From a virus, in IMG/VR virus record IMGVR_UViG_2757320370_000007, positions 1-64,000 of that record: 64,000 nt of DNA, one strand, 5' to 3'. The notes under the pieces were generated by a model that did no database searches, was not told the origin of the DNA, and saw nothing but the letters and a program-made list of their open reading frames with translations. Position 1 is the stretch's first letter, and each line of letters opens with the position of its first letter. Made by a program: the position numbers and the translations under genes. Of this stretch, positions 47,160 through 58,400 are shown in pieces.

Positions 47160-47891
47160 CTAAAATGTTTTCAAATGATTCTTAACAAGTTTATGTAAGA
47201 TTGTTTTTAGTTGATAGTTTGTTTCCTCATTAAAGGGAACTTCATAATACTTCCCCTCCAAGTCTAAAGCGATCTTCTCATTAAAGTCGGCAATTTCTCT
47301 AAACTCCTCTAGAGAACACTCGCCACGTTTTATACGAAACATGTGATCTCTGCTGGCCCCTTCATATGTAATTGCACCCTTAAAATCCTTAAATTCCGAT
47401 ACATAAAATTTGATTAAGAATGATAAGAAGTGAAGCGACATCATAGCCTTCTTTGTGTTATATCCATATTTAGCAATCAAATTCCTCTGCAATTCAGAGT
47501 TTGGATTCGTAAGGTCTTTCATTTGACCTCTATACATACCATAACAACTATTGAACAGGCTTCTGAGATTGATAGTAGCAATTCTATCTCTGATTTCGAG
47601 TAGTTGTTTAGTCTCAAGATAGCCAAATGTATCAACCTCTACTGAGTAAAGCAATTCTAAAAAAGTTAGATTTGAATTGGTAAGCAATTTTTCTAATTTT
47701 CTCACATCATGAATTTCAATATCTTCTGCATCTGAAGTTTGAAAGTTCTTATAAAGAGATCCTGAATACAAATCATCAAACGTTGGTAACACAAAGAACT
47801 TTACATCTCTGTCTGAATTTTCATCATCTAAGTTTCTATTTCTGCTGCCCGATACAGCCTTAAAAACTGCTTCTCTATTGTGTATCTTCAA
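47160..47891 (-). CDS. Pol-beta superfamily nucleotidyltransferase (RlaP/YcgL-like)
   Basis: GSRNRNLDDENSDRD, HDVRK, N..FLELL, YGYNTKKA, IKRG. Confidence 0.8.
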   Translation of the reverse strand: MKIHNREAVFKAVSGSRNRNLDDENSDRDVKFFVLPTFDDLYSGSLYKNFQTSDAEDIEIHDVRKLEKLLTNSNLTFLELLYSVEVDTFGYLETKQLLEIRDRIATINLRSLFNSCYGMYRGQMKDLTNPNSELQRNLIAKYGYNTKKAMMSLHFLSFLIKFYVSEFKDFKGAITYEGASRDHMFRIKRGECSLEEFREIADFNEKIALDLEGKYYEVPFNEETNYQLKTILHKLVKNHLKTF

Positions 47892-48827
47892 TTAAAATCT
47901 TCTCTCCTCTCTCTCTTTGATAATTTCTTCAGACAATAAAACAGACTCACCTAACTTATCCATACTTTTTCGAATCTGTTCTGCTGTTAAAATTGATCTA
48001 TTGCATTTAAGAAACCGATATCGGTCTCTCACTTTATTTTTGTAAACTGCAAAATAATCTTTGTCAATCATTTCACATCGCTCCATTTCTACGTAAAAGG
48101 AAAAATTGATCAAGAAACTATTCTTCAAACCTTAAAATGTCCAAAGGAACAAGATGTAAGCCCATCCCCGTATCTTCAACAAGAGCAAGTCCTTCGTTTT
48201 CATAGATGTAATAAACACTCAAGTTAGAATATGAGGACAGTTGCTCATAGGCATTAGTGTTAACCGCTGTTTGATTGAGTAGTTTATCTGTGGCATACAT
48301 ACTTAATTGCAAGAGTTTACTGTGCAGCATATCTAAATCGTCTATAAATTTCTTATTCTGAATCTCTGCCTGTTCATTGTTACCGATGTCTTCATTTTCG
48401 TATTTAGTAGAGAGTGCGGCAATTTCTTGAGCAACCTTAAAAGTGTTTTTGATATCCATGTTTTCTATCTCCTATTCGCTATAAAATGTATTGATTCATC
48501 ATTTTTAATAACTGTTAACCATGCCCCAATCGTCGCTTTGACTCATTCGGATACTTGCTTTGCAATTCCCTTGTAATCTCTTCCATGGTTGATTGAAGAG
48601 CGACATATGCTGCGTCTAAAATTGCTTTTCTCTTCAGTTTCTCTTCATTGGGTAAGTCTACTGCATCTAGGATTAACATATCGTACAGAGCCTGTGGATA
48701 CTCCTGCAATTGATCATTCCACATTATAAAATCAAGCTCCGCTGCCGTTTCAATTTCATCATTGCCAATGTCTGCTATCATATTTTTAAAGTTCAATATA
48801 CCTACTCTCCTTTCATTGAAACACTCA

Positions 48828-49058
48828 TCAAAACTTACAATCATTCAAATGATTTACCATATCGTCTAAACGATGATTTACATTCTCTTTGAACGATTCA
48901 ATAATTTCTTCATCGGTATCACCCTCAAGATCGATTGTAATTTCAGAGGTTTCATATGGGAAAAGCATAGATACGGCCTTTTCTTCTAAACTCACTTCAG
49001 TAATTTGTAAATCTCCAACTTCCTTGCACAGTTCCTTTAGTTGCTTTTCGATATTCAT
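48828..49058 (-). CDS. Small acidic protein, paralog 1
   Basis: Near-identical C-terminus to 49286..49516. Confidence 0.75.
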   Translation of the reverse strand: MNIEKQLKELCKEVGDLQITEVSLEEKAVSMLFPYETSEITIDLEGDTDEEIIESFKENVNHRLDDMVNHLNDCKF

Positions 49059-49285
49059 TTTCTACTCTCTCTCCATTTCATTATGAAATATTTGTTTTAC
49101 CAAGATTAATCTAATCTTGTTTGGTAACGACATAGTCCGTAGAAATCCTTTCGCCATTCAAGAGCAAATTCACTCTAATACCAGACCCGCTATAAGATAT
49201 GTAATCTTCTTCTATTTCAATTGAGAGATTGTTCTTTAAATATTCGGTCAACTCTTGTTCGTTCATTCTGTCACCTCATCTTTTA

Positions 49286-49516
49286 TTAAAATTTGCAATC
49301 ATTCAAATGATTCACCATGTCATCCAACCGATGATTAACATTTTCTTTGAATGATTCAATGATAACTTCATCTGTGTCTCCTTCAAGATCAATTAGTATT
49401 GCGCTCGTTTCATAAGGCAAAAGTACATATACACACTCTTCTTGTAGGTTGATTTCAGTAATTTCAATATCCCCAGATTCTTTTAATAGTTCTTTAAGCT
49501 TCTCTTCAATGCTCAT
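49286..49516 (-). CDS. Small acidic protein, paralog 2
   Basis: IDLEGDTDE.IIESFKENVNHRLDDMVNHLNDCKF shared; GGGGAG RBS before MSIEEK. Confidence 0.75.
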   Translation of the reverse strand: MSIEEKLKELLKESGDIEITEINLQEECVYVLLPYETSAILIDLEGDTDEVIIESFKENVNHRLDDMVNHLNDCKF

Positions 49517-51380
49517 CTCTAATTTTCTCCCCTTATGAAATGCCACTTTTATTTAGTCATTCTCTCAACCGACAAGGTGATTTTATCCCCATCTTTCAAA
49601 TGTCCAAATCCCTTAGATGTTAATATTCTGTCTACTTCTTCAAGAAACATTTCTTGACTATATGATCCATCGTTAATTTGGAACTCCCACTCATCAGTTT
49701 CTTCTATGTAAATAACCTCTCCAGTAATTTTGTCCATTTCCCATTCATCTCCATTTTTTTGATAAACTTCACATTTCATCCGATTGTAACTATCCATTCT
49801 TCTGTAGAAGCTCTAAAGACTTTGTGAATTACTTTCCTATTATTTAGTTCTTTGCTAATAGAATTAAGCAATTCTTCTTTATAAACCCTTGTAGCACCTT
49901 GATTGATTATCTGATCAATACCCTTCTTCCAAGTTATCTTGCCCATCAATTTCACCTCCTGATTTTTTGATCAAAGATTCGTTTTTACTTAAAATCCAGT
50001 GATACCGAGTCAAACTTGTTATCAATAAAACTTGGTATAACACTCAAGAACTTATCCCACACCAGTATTGTCAGCTCTAATTTATCGCCAACCTCTCTAA
50101 CCTCTTTCACAACACCAATTGCTTGTTCTTTGTGTACAAAAGGTTTATTCTCAAACGCTACCAAATCTCCATCTCCGTACTTTGGAATCTCTAAAATCAC
50201 TTTCATTTCTCGTCATCCTTTCTAAGTGAAAGATTGGTTTTATTAATATCTCCTTGCCTTATTGCGTATGCTCACAGCTAAAAGATAGTTTTCTTCTATT
50301 TCTTCGTCCGAGTAGTCACCCTCAAAACTGTAGTTCTCACTTGCAAAAGCGTGTCTAATCATTTCCAACTCTTTCTCAGTAAAATAAATTTGTTTACCAG
50401 CCATCTTTCCACCACCCTATGAAAGGCTAATTTCATCTTAGAATTAAACGAACATATTTTCAAATTCACCTTCTGCAAGCCAATATTTAATATACAGTCC
50501 TTCGTGTGGACTGTGATATAATAGATAACCATCGTCTCTTTTATATAAATCTATATCAGAATTGCCATAGGCCCAAACACATCTTTCTCTTTCTCCGGCC
50601 TTCATTTCTTTCAACTGATCGATATACATGCCCTTGCTCATAATCTTAACCTTTTCTTTGTTACCATCTTCAAGGCCAACCATAATTATAATATCATCGG
50701 GGAATTTATCTTGCGTTACACTTTTAATTGTGCAATTTTGATACTCCAGATGTTTAGTATCCAACATAATGTTCGTTGTCTCTCCTTAATCGATCATATT
50801 TTCGAAATGTCTAATTGCTTCTTCCGGATTATAACTTTGTTGAATGCAATCTATGTAAGTATCTCTAAATCCTTCGTTCTCACTAACGCCTATAGCATCA
50901 AACCATCTTTCAATTATGACCTCATATGCTGAGGCTTTTGCTCGATATTCTGCTGCTTTTCTAATTGCATCTTTAATTTCGTTAGGAACCTTGGCGCCTT
51001 CGTCTGTATCATATATGATTCCTTTTATTTCCTTGATTGCTTCATCAAGAGTAATACTTGTTTTCTTGTTCTTCTTTGATCTCAATAAGTGATCAACATC
51101 GCAATACATATCAGAATCTATAATATGTGGCTTATTATTGAATCTTGAAAGATACTCCCCAATTGAAAAATCTCCTTCGCCATACCAAAACTTTCTTCTG
51201 CCATCCCATTTTATAACATGGGCTATTTTATCCAGATCAAATTCCGAAACAGCGCGCGCCTCATCTTCATTATTAGCTACAACAAGTAACTGTCTTTCTG
51301 AATTTTTCGGACGTTTTTCTTCAACAACTAGCCATCCACTCAGCAAACAATTTCACTCCTTTCTGTGTAAAAGACTCACT

Positions 51381-52217
51381 TCATCTAAAAAAATCTCTAA
51401 ATGTGTTTCCTATCGTTCCCCAAAAAGAGTGCGGCTCCTTTGCTAATTTAGATACTTTCTTAAGCACGGACTTCAATTCTGCAATTAGTGTCTTCTGCTC
51501 TTCAATTAGTTCTAAATTTTCATTATAAATTCGTTCTCCGATTTGATTTATTAGATCAGGTAAGCCAATCCTAATTAAGTCGCTCTTTTTTAAATAAATT
51601 GAATACTTGATTTTAGATTCATACAAATACGTAAAGTTGATACCCGCTTCACTCGTTTCTAGCGTTTGGTTCCATTCGTTACGTTTTTCTTCCGACATTA
51701 ACAATACTGGATTTAATTCATAGTATGAGGCTCTTTCATTATTGTTCTCTTCAAAATCTACTATGGTTCTGTATTGTTCTTTTTTAAGAGCAACTCCCCT
51801 CCTCTCCAATACATCAATTACAATATCGCCAGCGCTTTCTGACAATTTAGTAAACTTCCATCCGAATCTTAATGTTCTTTCTTCCAAGTCTACGACTTTT
51901 GAAAATAGAGATCTTGATAACTCTAAACTTTCACCGTTCTTTACGAGTTCTCGACAGTACGGCTTTGACTCCCGAGTCTTCGAATCATAGAACTTATCCC
52001 AGTTAATCGGTTTATAATTTTCAATTCCTTCTTTGAACTTATTGAAATGAGCAAATAACTCTCTATATTTCTCTCTCAACTTTAGTCTCTCAGTTCTTTC
52101 TTTCCCGGATCGAACCCCTAGAGAAAAAGTCACTAAACTCAATCCCAAACTGATTAATGCACTTATTCCTGTTCCATACCAGTCAAAGGAACTACTCACG
52201 ATCTTTCCTCTTTTCAT
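51381..52217 (-). CDS. Hypothetical protein with N-terminal TM helix; start and stop both overlap junction sites
   Basis: ORF track; sites at 52216 and 51367. Confidence 0.7.
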   Translation of the reverse strand: MKRGKIVSSSFDWYGTGISALISLGLSLVTFSLGVRSGKERTERLKLREKYRELFAHFNKFKEGIENYKPINWDKFYDSKTRESKPYCRELVKNGESLELSRSLFSKVVDLEERTLRFGWKFTKLSESAGDIVIDVLERRGVALKKEQYRTIVDFEENNNERASYYELNPVLLMSEEKRNEWNQTLETSEAGINFTYLYESKIKYSIYLKKSDLIRIGLPDLINQIGERIYNENLELIEEQKTLIAELKSVLKKVSKLAKEPHSFWGTIGNTFRDFFR

Positions 52218-52229
52218 AAAAGAATTGTT

Positions 52230-52487
52230 TTATTTTAGCCAGCTTCCATACTCACAATTTCCTTTTACAACTACCCTTTCGTCAATACGATGGACATCAA
52301 ATTGGGGATTCTCTTTCTGGTATTTAAGAACCTCGTTATAAGTATCCTCAGTTGGAATAATCGAAACACCACCGGCTTTAAACTCAGTACCAATAACAAA
52401 ATCAAAAGTCAGTGGACGATTATGATGAATTGACCAACAACGTTCTACAACCGATTTTGCCTCAATGCTTAAATCCTTCCATTCCAC
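52230..52487 (-). CDS. Hypothetical protein, paralog of 14540..14833
   Basis: AAGGAG RBS; PTEDTYNEVLKY. Confidence 0.75.
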   Translation of the reverse strand: MEWKDLSIEAKSVVERCWSIHHNRPLTFDFVIGTEFKAGGVSIIPTEDTYNEVLKYQKENPQFDVHRIDERVVVKGNCEYGSWLK

Positions 52488-52510
52488 ACAAACATCTCCT
52501 TATGAAAGTA

Positions 52511-53167
52511 TTATTTCAACAGCTCATTTATATTGCTTCTAATTTGTTTTTTTACTAATTCTGTAGATGTATCAATGTGTATCCCCACATCACAAATTTT
52601 ACTCACACCATCTGAATTCCCTGATATCTCATCAAAAATATGAAATATATTATTCAATGCTGTTTCTACGGTGTCTGTATGAATATCGTTAAGTTTGTAT
52701 TTTTCTACTAACTCTGTGATCATTTCGTCTCTGAAATCATAGGGATAATCTATGAAATACATAAATTCTTTAACGTTAATAGTTCTGTCTTTTGTTATGT
52801 ACAAAACAGTAGGTTTGAGTTTTCCAGAGCCTAGATCTCTATAAAAAAAGGACGTATATATATTACTTGAATTAATAAACTCTAAGAATTCCGGATTTTG
52901 AACTGAAGTTTCAGAGTATAGATCCTTGGCAATGTCTTCAAAATTACTGATTCCGATTATTGCAGGATTATTGTTAATAATAACTTCGAAGTTATTCAGA
53001 ATACGTGTAAATCCTGCTCCAGTTAACCATCCCAAGGGGTACGGTAGATTCCTTAATTTTTGATAATCATCCATTACTCCATTTTCTTTCCGTCCATTCA
53101 CAAACATTCTGGTGTCGGTAACTAGAATAGAAAAGTCCCTACCAATGTAACCAATCACAACTGTCAT
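52511..53167 (-). CDS. Ntn-hydrolase / proteasome-beta-like protein
   Basis: M-T-VVIG.IG.DFSILVTDTR N-terminus, later K and AG motifs. Confidence 0.55.
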   Translation of the reverse strand: MTVVIGYIGRDFSILVTDTRMFVNGRKENGVMDDYQKLRNLPYPLGWLTGAGFTRILNNFEVIINNNPAIIGISNFEDIAKDLYSETSVQNPEFLEFINSSNIYTSFFYRDLGSGKLKPTVLYITKDRTINVKEFMYFIDYPYDFRDEMITELVEKYKLNDIHTDTVETALNNIFHIFDEISGNSDGVSKICDVGIHIDTSTELVKKQIRSNINELLK

Positions 53168-53219
53168 ATATTCAACTTCTTTCCCTATGAAAATTGTTGT
53201 TTTATTTTATTTAATTCAT

Positions 53220-53657
53220 TCAGTTATAAACCCAAAACTTACGAGTAGATCCAAATGCACCTTTTTCTCTGTATTCAATTTCATTTCGCTCGCAAAATTC
53301 TTTGTATATCTGTAATAGTCGTTCGTTTTCCACTGGTTCTTTTCCTAATGTCTTATTGATTATATCGTTTGTTTCGCGTCCATGTTTATTCTCATTGTCT
53401 TTATGTCTGACAAAAGAATTTTTCTCATATCCAATAAATCGACTTGGAGAAAAAATATGATCACCATTATTATCGAGAGTTACTACAAAACAAATCCCCT
53501 GTACAATATAATCATTGTATTCTTTTCTGTGAGTGTCTAATCTTTTATACACCTCTAATGAATAGATATTTTTATTAATTTGTTCCCAGTTTTCAATTAG
53601 TTTCATTGGTTGTTTTGCCCCTCCAATTTCTTCAATAGAATCTATTCTTTTTATCAT
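53220..53657 (-). CDS. Hypothetical protein resembling N-terminal domains of HNH-type restriction nucleases
   Basis: FSPSRFIGY...HGRETN..I...LG pattern. Confidence 0.4.
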   Translation of the reverse strand: MIKRIDSIEEIGGAKQPMKLIENWEQINKNIYSLEVYKRLDTHRKEYNDYIVQGICFVVTLDNNGDHIFSPSRFIGYEKNSFVRHKDNENKHGRETNDIINKTLGKEPVENERLLQIYKEFCERNEIEYREKGAFGSTRKFWVYN

Positions 53658-53759
53658 AACTATTCCACAATTACTATGTATTTTCCTGCTGCCGAATCAT
53701 CTTCTCTTCACTTATTATATTACTATATTTACTTTATAAAAGCAATCATTATCTTTGCC

Positions 53760-54146
53760 TCATAGACTTCTCATCTCATTAATATCTATACTCAACAACT
53801 CGCATAGCTTCATACTCAAATCTGCTTTCACCCTATCCAGCAGTAGCACCATGCTTCCTGTATATCCTCTGCACAAATATTTAGTTCTGATCTCTACTTT
53901 CGTTCTTTTCGTATCAATTACCTTCATTCCCTTATTTCTCATTTGTTTTCTAATTTCTGCTAGTTCCAACGTTAATTTATCCTGCAATTTAACCAAGTGA
54001 AACAAAAAGATGTCACCCAATCTAAACTCTGCACCTTTCATCTTGGTTATATTGTCCTCCAATATATCCAGCAAGAATGGTATCTCTAAATACTGTTTAA
54101 TAAATTCAAGCTCATCTCCGGTCGGATGTTGTTGCATTAACTTCAC
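53760..54146 (-). CDS. YhjD-like SOS-regulated protein
   Basis: LEIPFLLDILED...YLCRGY pattern; LexA box upstream. Confidence 0.6.
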   Translation of the reverse strand: MKLMQQHPTGDELEFIKQYLEIPFLLDILEDNITKMKGAEFRLGDIFLFHLVKLQDKLTLELAEIRKQMRNKGMKVIDTKRTKVEIRTKYLCRGYTGSMVLLLDRVKADLSMKLCELLSIDINEMRSL

Positions 54147-54153
54147 CTCATAA

Positions 54154-54165
54154 GAACATTCGTTC
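54154..54165. promoter_or_regulatory. LexA/DinR (Cheo) box GAACATTCGTTC
   Basis: Matches GAAC-N4-GTTC, between -10 TATAAT and the RBS. Confidence 0.85.
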
Positions 54166-54204
54166 TCACATTATATAACATTCAACCCCACAGGTAAAGG
54201 CGAA

Positions 54205-54239
54205 AAGAATCGATCCTTATTTATCAGAAATCGACTCTT
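54205..54239 (-). terminator. Probable intrinsic terminator
   Basis: AAGAGTCGAT...ATCGATTCTT stem followed by a T-run. Confidence 0.55.
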
Positions 54240-54713
54240 AGTTCATTAGAAATGTTATCCACTTTTTTCGTATTCAAACATGCTTCTAGTTGCCTTTGTG
54301 AGCAGCATTATCCCCTCTAGCTCTCCGTCTAGATACATTTCAAACTCTTGCCCTAAATATGGCACCAAGAGGATGTGGGCGGGAATGTTGCCATAGTTTC
54401 TAACGTGCTGCTCTCCGCTGGGCAATTCAAAACATGTGATAATTTTTGTCTCGCGTTCCGTTGTCTTCATATGTATGCGAAAAACAAAATCAGTCTTCAC
54501 TGGAAACTCATACTTATTATCTTTACTTTGTCTCTTGCTTTTGCTGATCTTTTTCATCTACATTCTCCTTTATATTGATCGTAAAGCGATACTTTTATGT
54601 CGTTTGAGAATCAGTTTCTAGAGTTGGGCATATTTCAATTATTATTCATTTTATATACTATTTTTTTAATAAGTGATAAAATAACTACATTAAATATATG
54701 GGGGAATTTGGTA

Positions 54714-55472
54714 ATGGGAAAAAATAAACTAATTGCGACATCTTTTTTAATGTTTGCTTTATTGATAGGATGCTCCAACACAAAACAAGCAACAAATGAA
54801 GTGATAATGGACAACGATAGTAGTAGTGAATCTTTCTCAAACGAAAATTCTGTGCGCGCTTCAAAAAACTCTTCAATTGATGTTGAATTAAGTATTAGTG
54901 AAGATGTTGGAGCAGACAACACTGTAACGTTTAATGGTGCGACCAATCTTCCAGATGGAATGGAATTAATGCTCAGTCTAAAGAGTGATTCGAGTTTTTA
55001 TTCTGCGCAAGATAACGTTAGTGTTAAAGATGGATCATTTATAAGCGGTTCATTTTCTAACAATGGTAATGGTCTAGAGTCTGGAGAATACACTTTGGAA
55101 GCAACCTCTCCAACAGCAAATGTTCAACCACCCAATGTTAAAGAATTAATTGGTGATAACGGTTCAAACCTCAAAGGGGCCACTGTTAAGTCAGATGCTG
55201 TATGGGGAAATACTGTATCAGTCACTAAAAATATTACTGTTGGCTCAACAAGTTCTGTGTATACAAAAGAAGAACTTCAAAGTGATTCAAAGGCCCCTTC
55301 AACAAATCCAGAAGATTATGATAGCGATGGACAATTTGTTCCTGAGAATGGGATTAGTGATGAACCGGAAGATTATAATTTTGATGGCGAGTATAAACCT
55401 GTTGATGAAATGACACAAGAAGAAATTCAGGCAGAATTAGAAGAAATGTTGGGCGGATCTTTGGGTAATTAA
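54714..55472 (+). CDS. Acidic lipoprotein in an inverted cassette
   Basis: MGKNK + hydrophobic core + LIGC lipobox; GGGGA RBS; downstream hairpin at about 55478-55525. Confidence 0.8.
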   Translation: MGKNKLIATSFLMFALLIGCSNTKQATNEVIMDNDSSSESFSNENSVRASKNSSIDVELSISEDVGADNTVTFNGATNLPDGMELMLSLKSDSSFYSAQDNVSVKDGSFISGSFSNNGNGLESGEYTLEATSPTANVQPPNVKELIGDNGSNLKGATVKSDAVWGNTVSVTKNITVGSTSSVYTKEELQSDSKAPSTNPEDYDSDGQFVPENGISDEPEDYNFDGEYKPVDEMTQEEIQAELEEMLGGSLGN

Positions 55473-58400
55473 ACCAAATCCATATGAAAGAATAGGAATT
55501 ACTCGCCTCTTTTCTTTCTTATGGATTATTAAAAGCCCAATTTCATCCGATTACTTTTAGTCTTCTGTTATAAAATCTTTACACTCTTTAATTTCATTTG
55601 TATTATCAAAATCTCTTCTAACTTCGATATTGCTTGAATTGCAAAATTCTATACAGATATAATCGCCATCTCCAATATCCACATTGCACTCATGTTCGAA
55701 ATGTTTGCAATTTAAACAAATACTATCAGTGTAAACCTTCATCTTAATTCTCCTTATCCATTAATTCTATTAGCATTTAAATTAAAGAGTGTCTATTCAT
55801 TACCGCGATTATTAAGAAGATGACCAATGAACCCAAATAGTATTGCTTCAGAGAGATAGTCATCTTATTTAATTTATATAGCCACTTGATATGGTAGAAC
55901 AGAATTAACATTGAAAATAGCAAGCCCATGGCTATTTGTAAATAGTTGTGCAGCAAATAACTTCCTTCCTTTCTCTCTACTCAAAATTATATATTACTTT
56001 TTCAATCCAACGGTTCAATTCATTCAAGGTCTGATTCTTTATTTCATCACATTCTTCATTTTCATCATCATTATAAGAACTATATTGTGCTCCATTTTTC
56101 ATGTCTAAAATTTGATAATATTGATAATCACAATCATTCACAACTCTCTTTACGTCTTCAATTGTATTAAACGCAGTGACGATATCATTTAATCCGCCCG
56201 ATGGATAATATGCGTCAAAACCAAAAAGTATATATCTATTCAATTTCAAATCTCCTTTTCTCGATCAAATGTTCATTTTATTAAGAAATAGAAAAGCCAA
56301 ATTTGTCAGTATAAAGACACGCTAACCACTCTGCACCAATTCGTATTCTCAAGTCCAAGTTTAGTGAATTTGCCAATTTTTCAAGGTCTTCATATTGCTC
56401 ATATTCTTCAAGATACATATCATAAACTGGTTCACCTTTTCTCCCTGTCCCTGTATGTATTAAGCGATAAACTTCTTCAAATGGCTCAAGTTTTGCCTTT
56501 GCGTTTTCACCTATAAATCTCCAGACTGTTTCCACTTTTAACTCATCCTTTCTCTTTAAAAAATGTAATTTATACGTTCATTTCAAATTTCTTTTCACCC
56601 AAATAAATAAGGGAAGTAACAGAAGTGCATTGATGCATTAAATTGAAGAATTCATCCCCGTCTAACATATTTTTTTCAACCCACTCACCTTTTGAGATTG
56701 GATAGGAATCATACATCTCTCCGAAAAATCCTGCGGTTCCTGCGGGACCAAACTCATCTGCTCCATCATATTTGTCCGACCTAAATCCACCATCATAAAA
56801 GAGTATCACTTCTTTGTCTATACATTTATCTTCCAACAGCAACGGCAAACAACGTATTGCAGATGATATAGTGCCCAAATAATACGTTTTTTTATCTGAT
56901 GGAACCGCCAATGAATATGTATCTCCCATAAAATCTTCCTCATTTCTCCGTAAAGTATGTACTTCATTCAAACTTATTCATTTAGCACTCTTCCGCACAT
57001 AGGACAGTAATTTATCTTAACACCATGTAATGAGAACTTAGCATTCCAATCTCCAATTTCACTGTCCTCCAGGTAATTGCAACTATTTATAAATACTGAA
57101 TAGTCTCCCTTACCGCTACTCATTAGGCACTTTCTATCTATCAGGGGTTTTTCAGTGCAATAATAACATATTTCCTTGGTTTTACCTTCTTCAATAAAGC
57201 TTAACATATCGTCCATTGCTTGGATTCTTCCTTCGCTCCTAAATGCATCTTCAGACATGATTTGATGATAGTTTAAAATATCGACCACCTCTCTTGCACG
57301 TTTCTTATAATCGTTCGCCCAGGCTATTAATTCTTCAATCATTCTCACTCCTCTCCATATGATTTGATCAATTTTTTAGTTGCTTGAATACCCCAATCTA
57401 ATCTTTCGTTTTCTTTCTGGCACTTTGCTCTCCATTTCTGTAACTCTTTCTTCGTCTTGTCTTCGATACTTATTCCACGCATCGCATCAATAAGGGTCAA
57501 TTTAATATCTACTCTGTCCTGTTGGTTTACTCCTGGTATGTATAATTCAATGACGGAATTGCACTTATCGATAATTCTTACATTTTTAATTCCCCATTTT
57601 CCTAATTCTATCATTGCTCTCCTCCATTATGTTTATCAATTTCAGCAGCCACGTCCAACATCTCTTTAGAAATCTCTCTCAATTTGTCGGCAGTCCTAGC
57701 TGTTCCTCCACGACCACCAAAATTCAATCCACTATGTAATATGTATGAATGATTTGACGAATCTTTGTTACCTTCGTTTTTCTTAATTGTTCCAGATACA
57801 AAGTTTCCTTTTACGATAATCTCATTGCTAAACAAATTCATCTCTCCTTAGATTACTTCTCCGTCATATGGATTATCCATTTTGGCAATGTAGACTTTCT
57901 TTTCTAGATCATACTCCATATAAGCAAATGGATGCTTTTTGTCAGTCTGATAAATTTCCGGTTCAATCGTTAGCTTTGGATTATAATAACAGTCATCGTA
58001 TACTTCAATATAAACACCAGTTTCCTCTGACAATTGATTTAGTTTATCTAAAAATAATTTATACTTCTCTACAGTTATCATTAACCTTTCATCCTCTCTC
58101 TCATGAATTTGCTGTTGCATTAGCACTCTTTAACTTCTACAGAAATGAGTACAAATTTCCCGATGTACTGAGCTAACATGTTTTCAATATTATGTCCTCC
58201 AATAGTCAGGTTCTCTGTACTAAGATAGGATATCGTCAATTCTGAATATCCAATCCAATCTACCTGAACATCTAACTCTCCCATTGAACTTAAAATCTGA
58301 AAGTTAATTGCCTCATTAAGCGTAAATTCTTTTTCATTTAGGTAAATTTGAATAAAGACTAGAGGTGATGAAAAGTGTTTGAAAATCCCATCACCACCAA

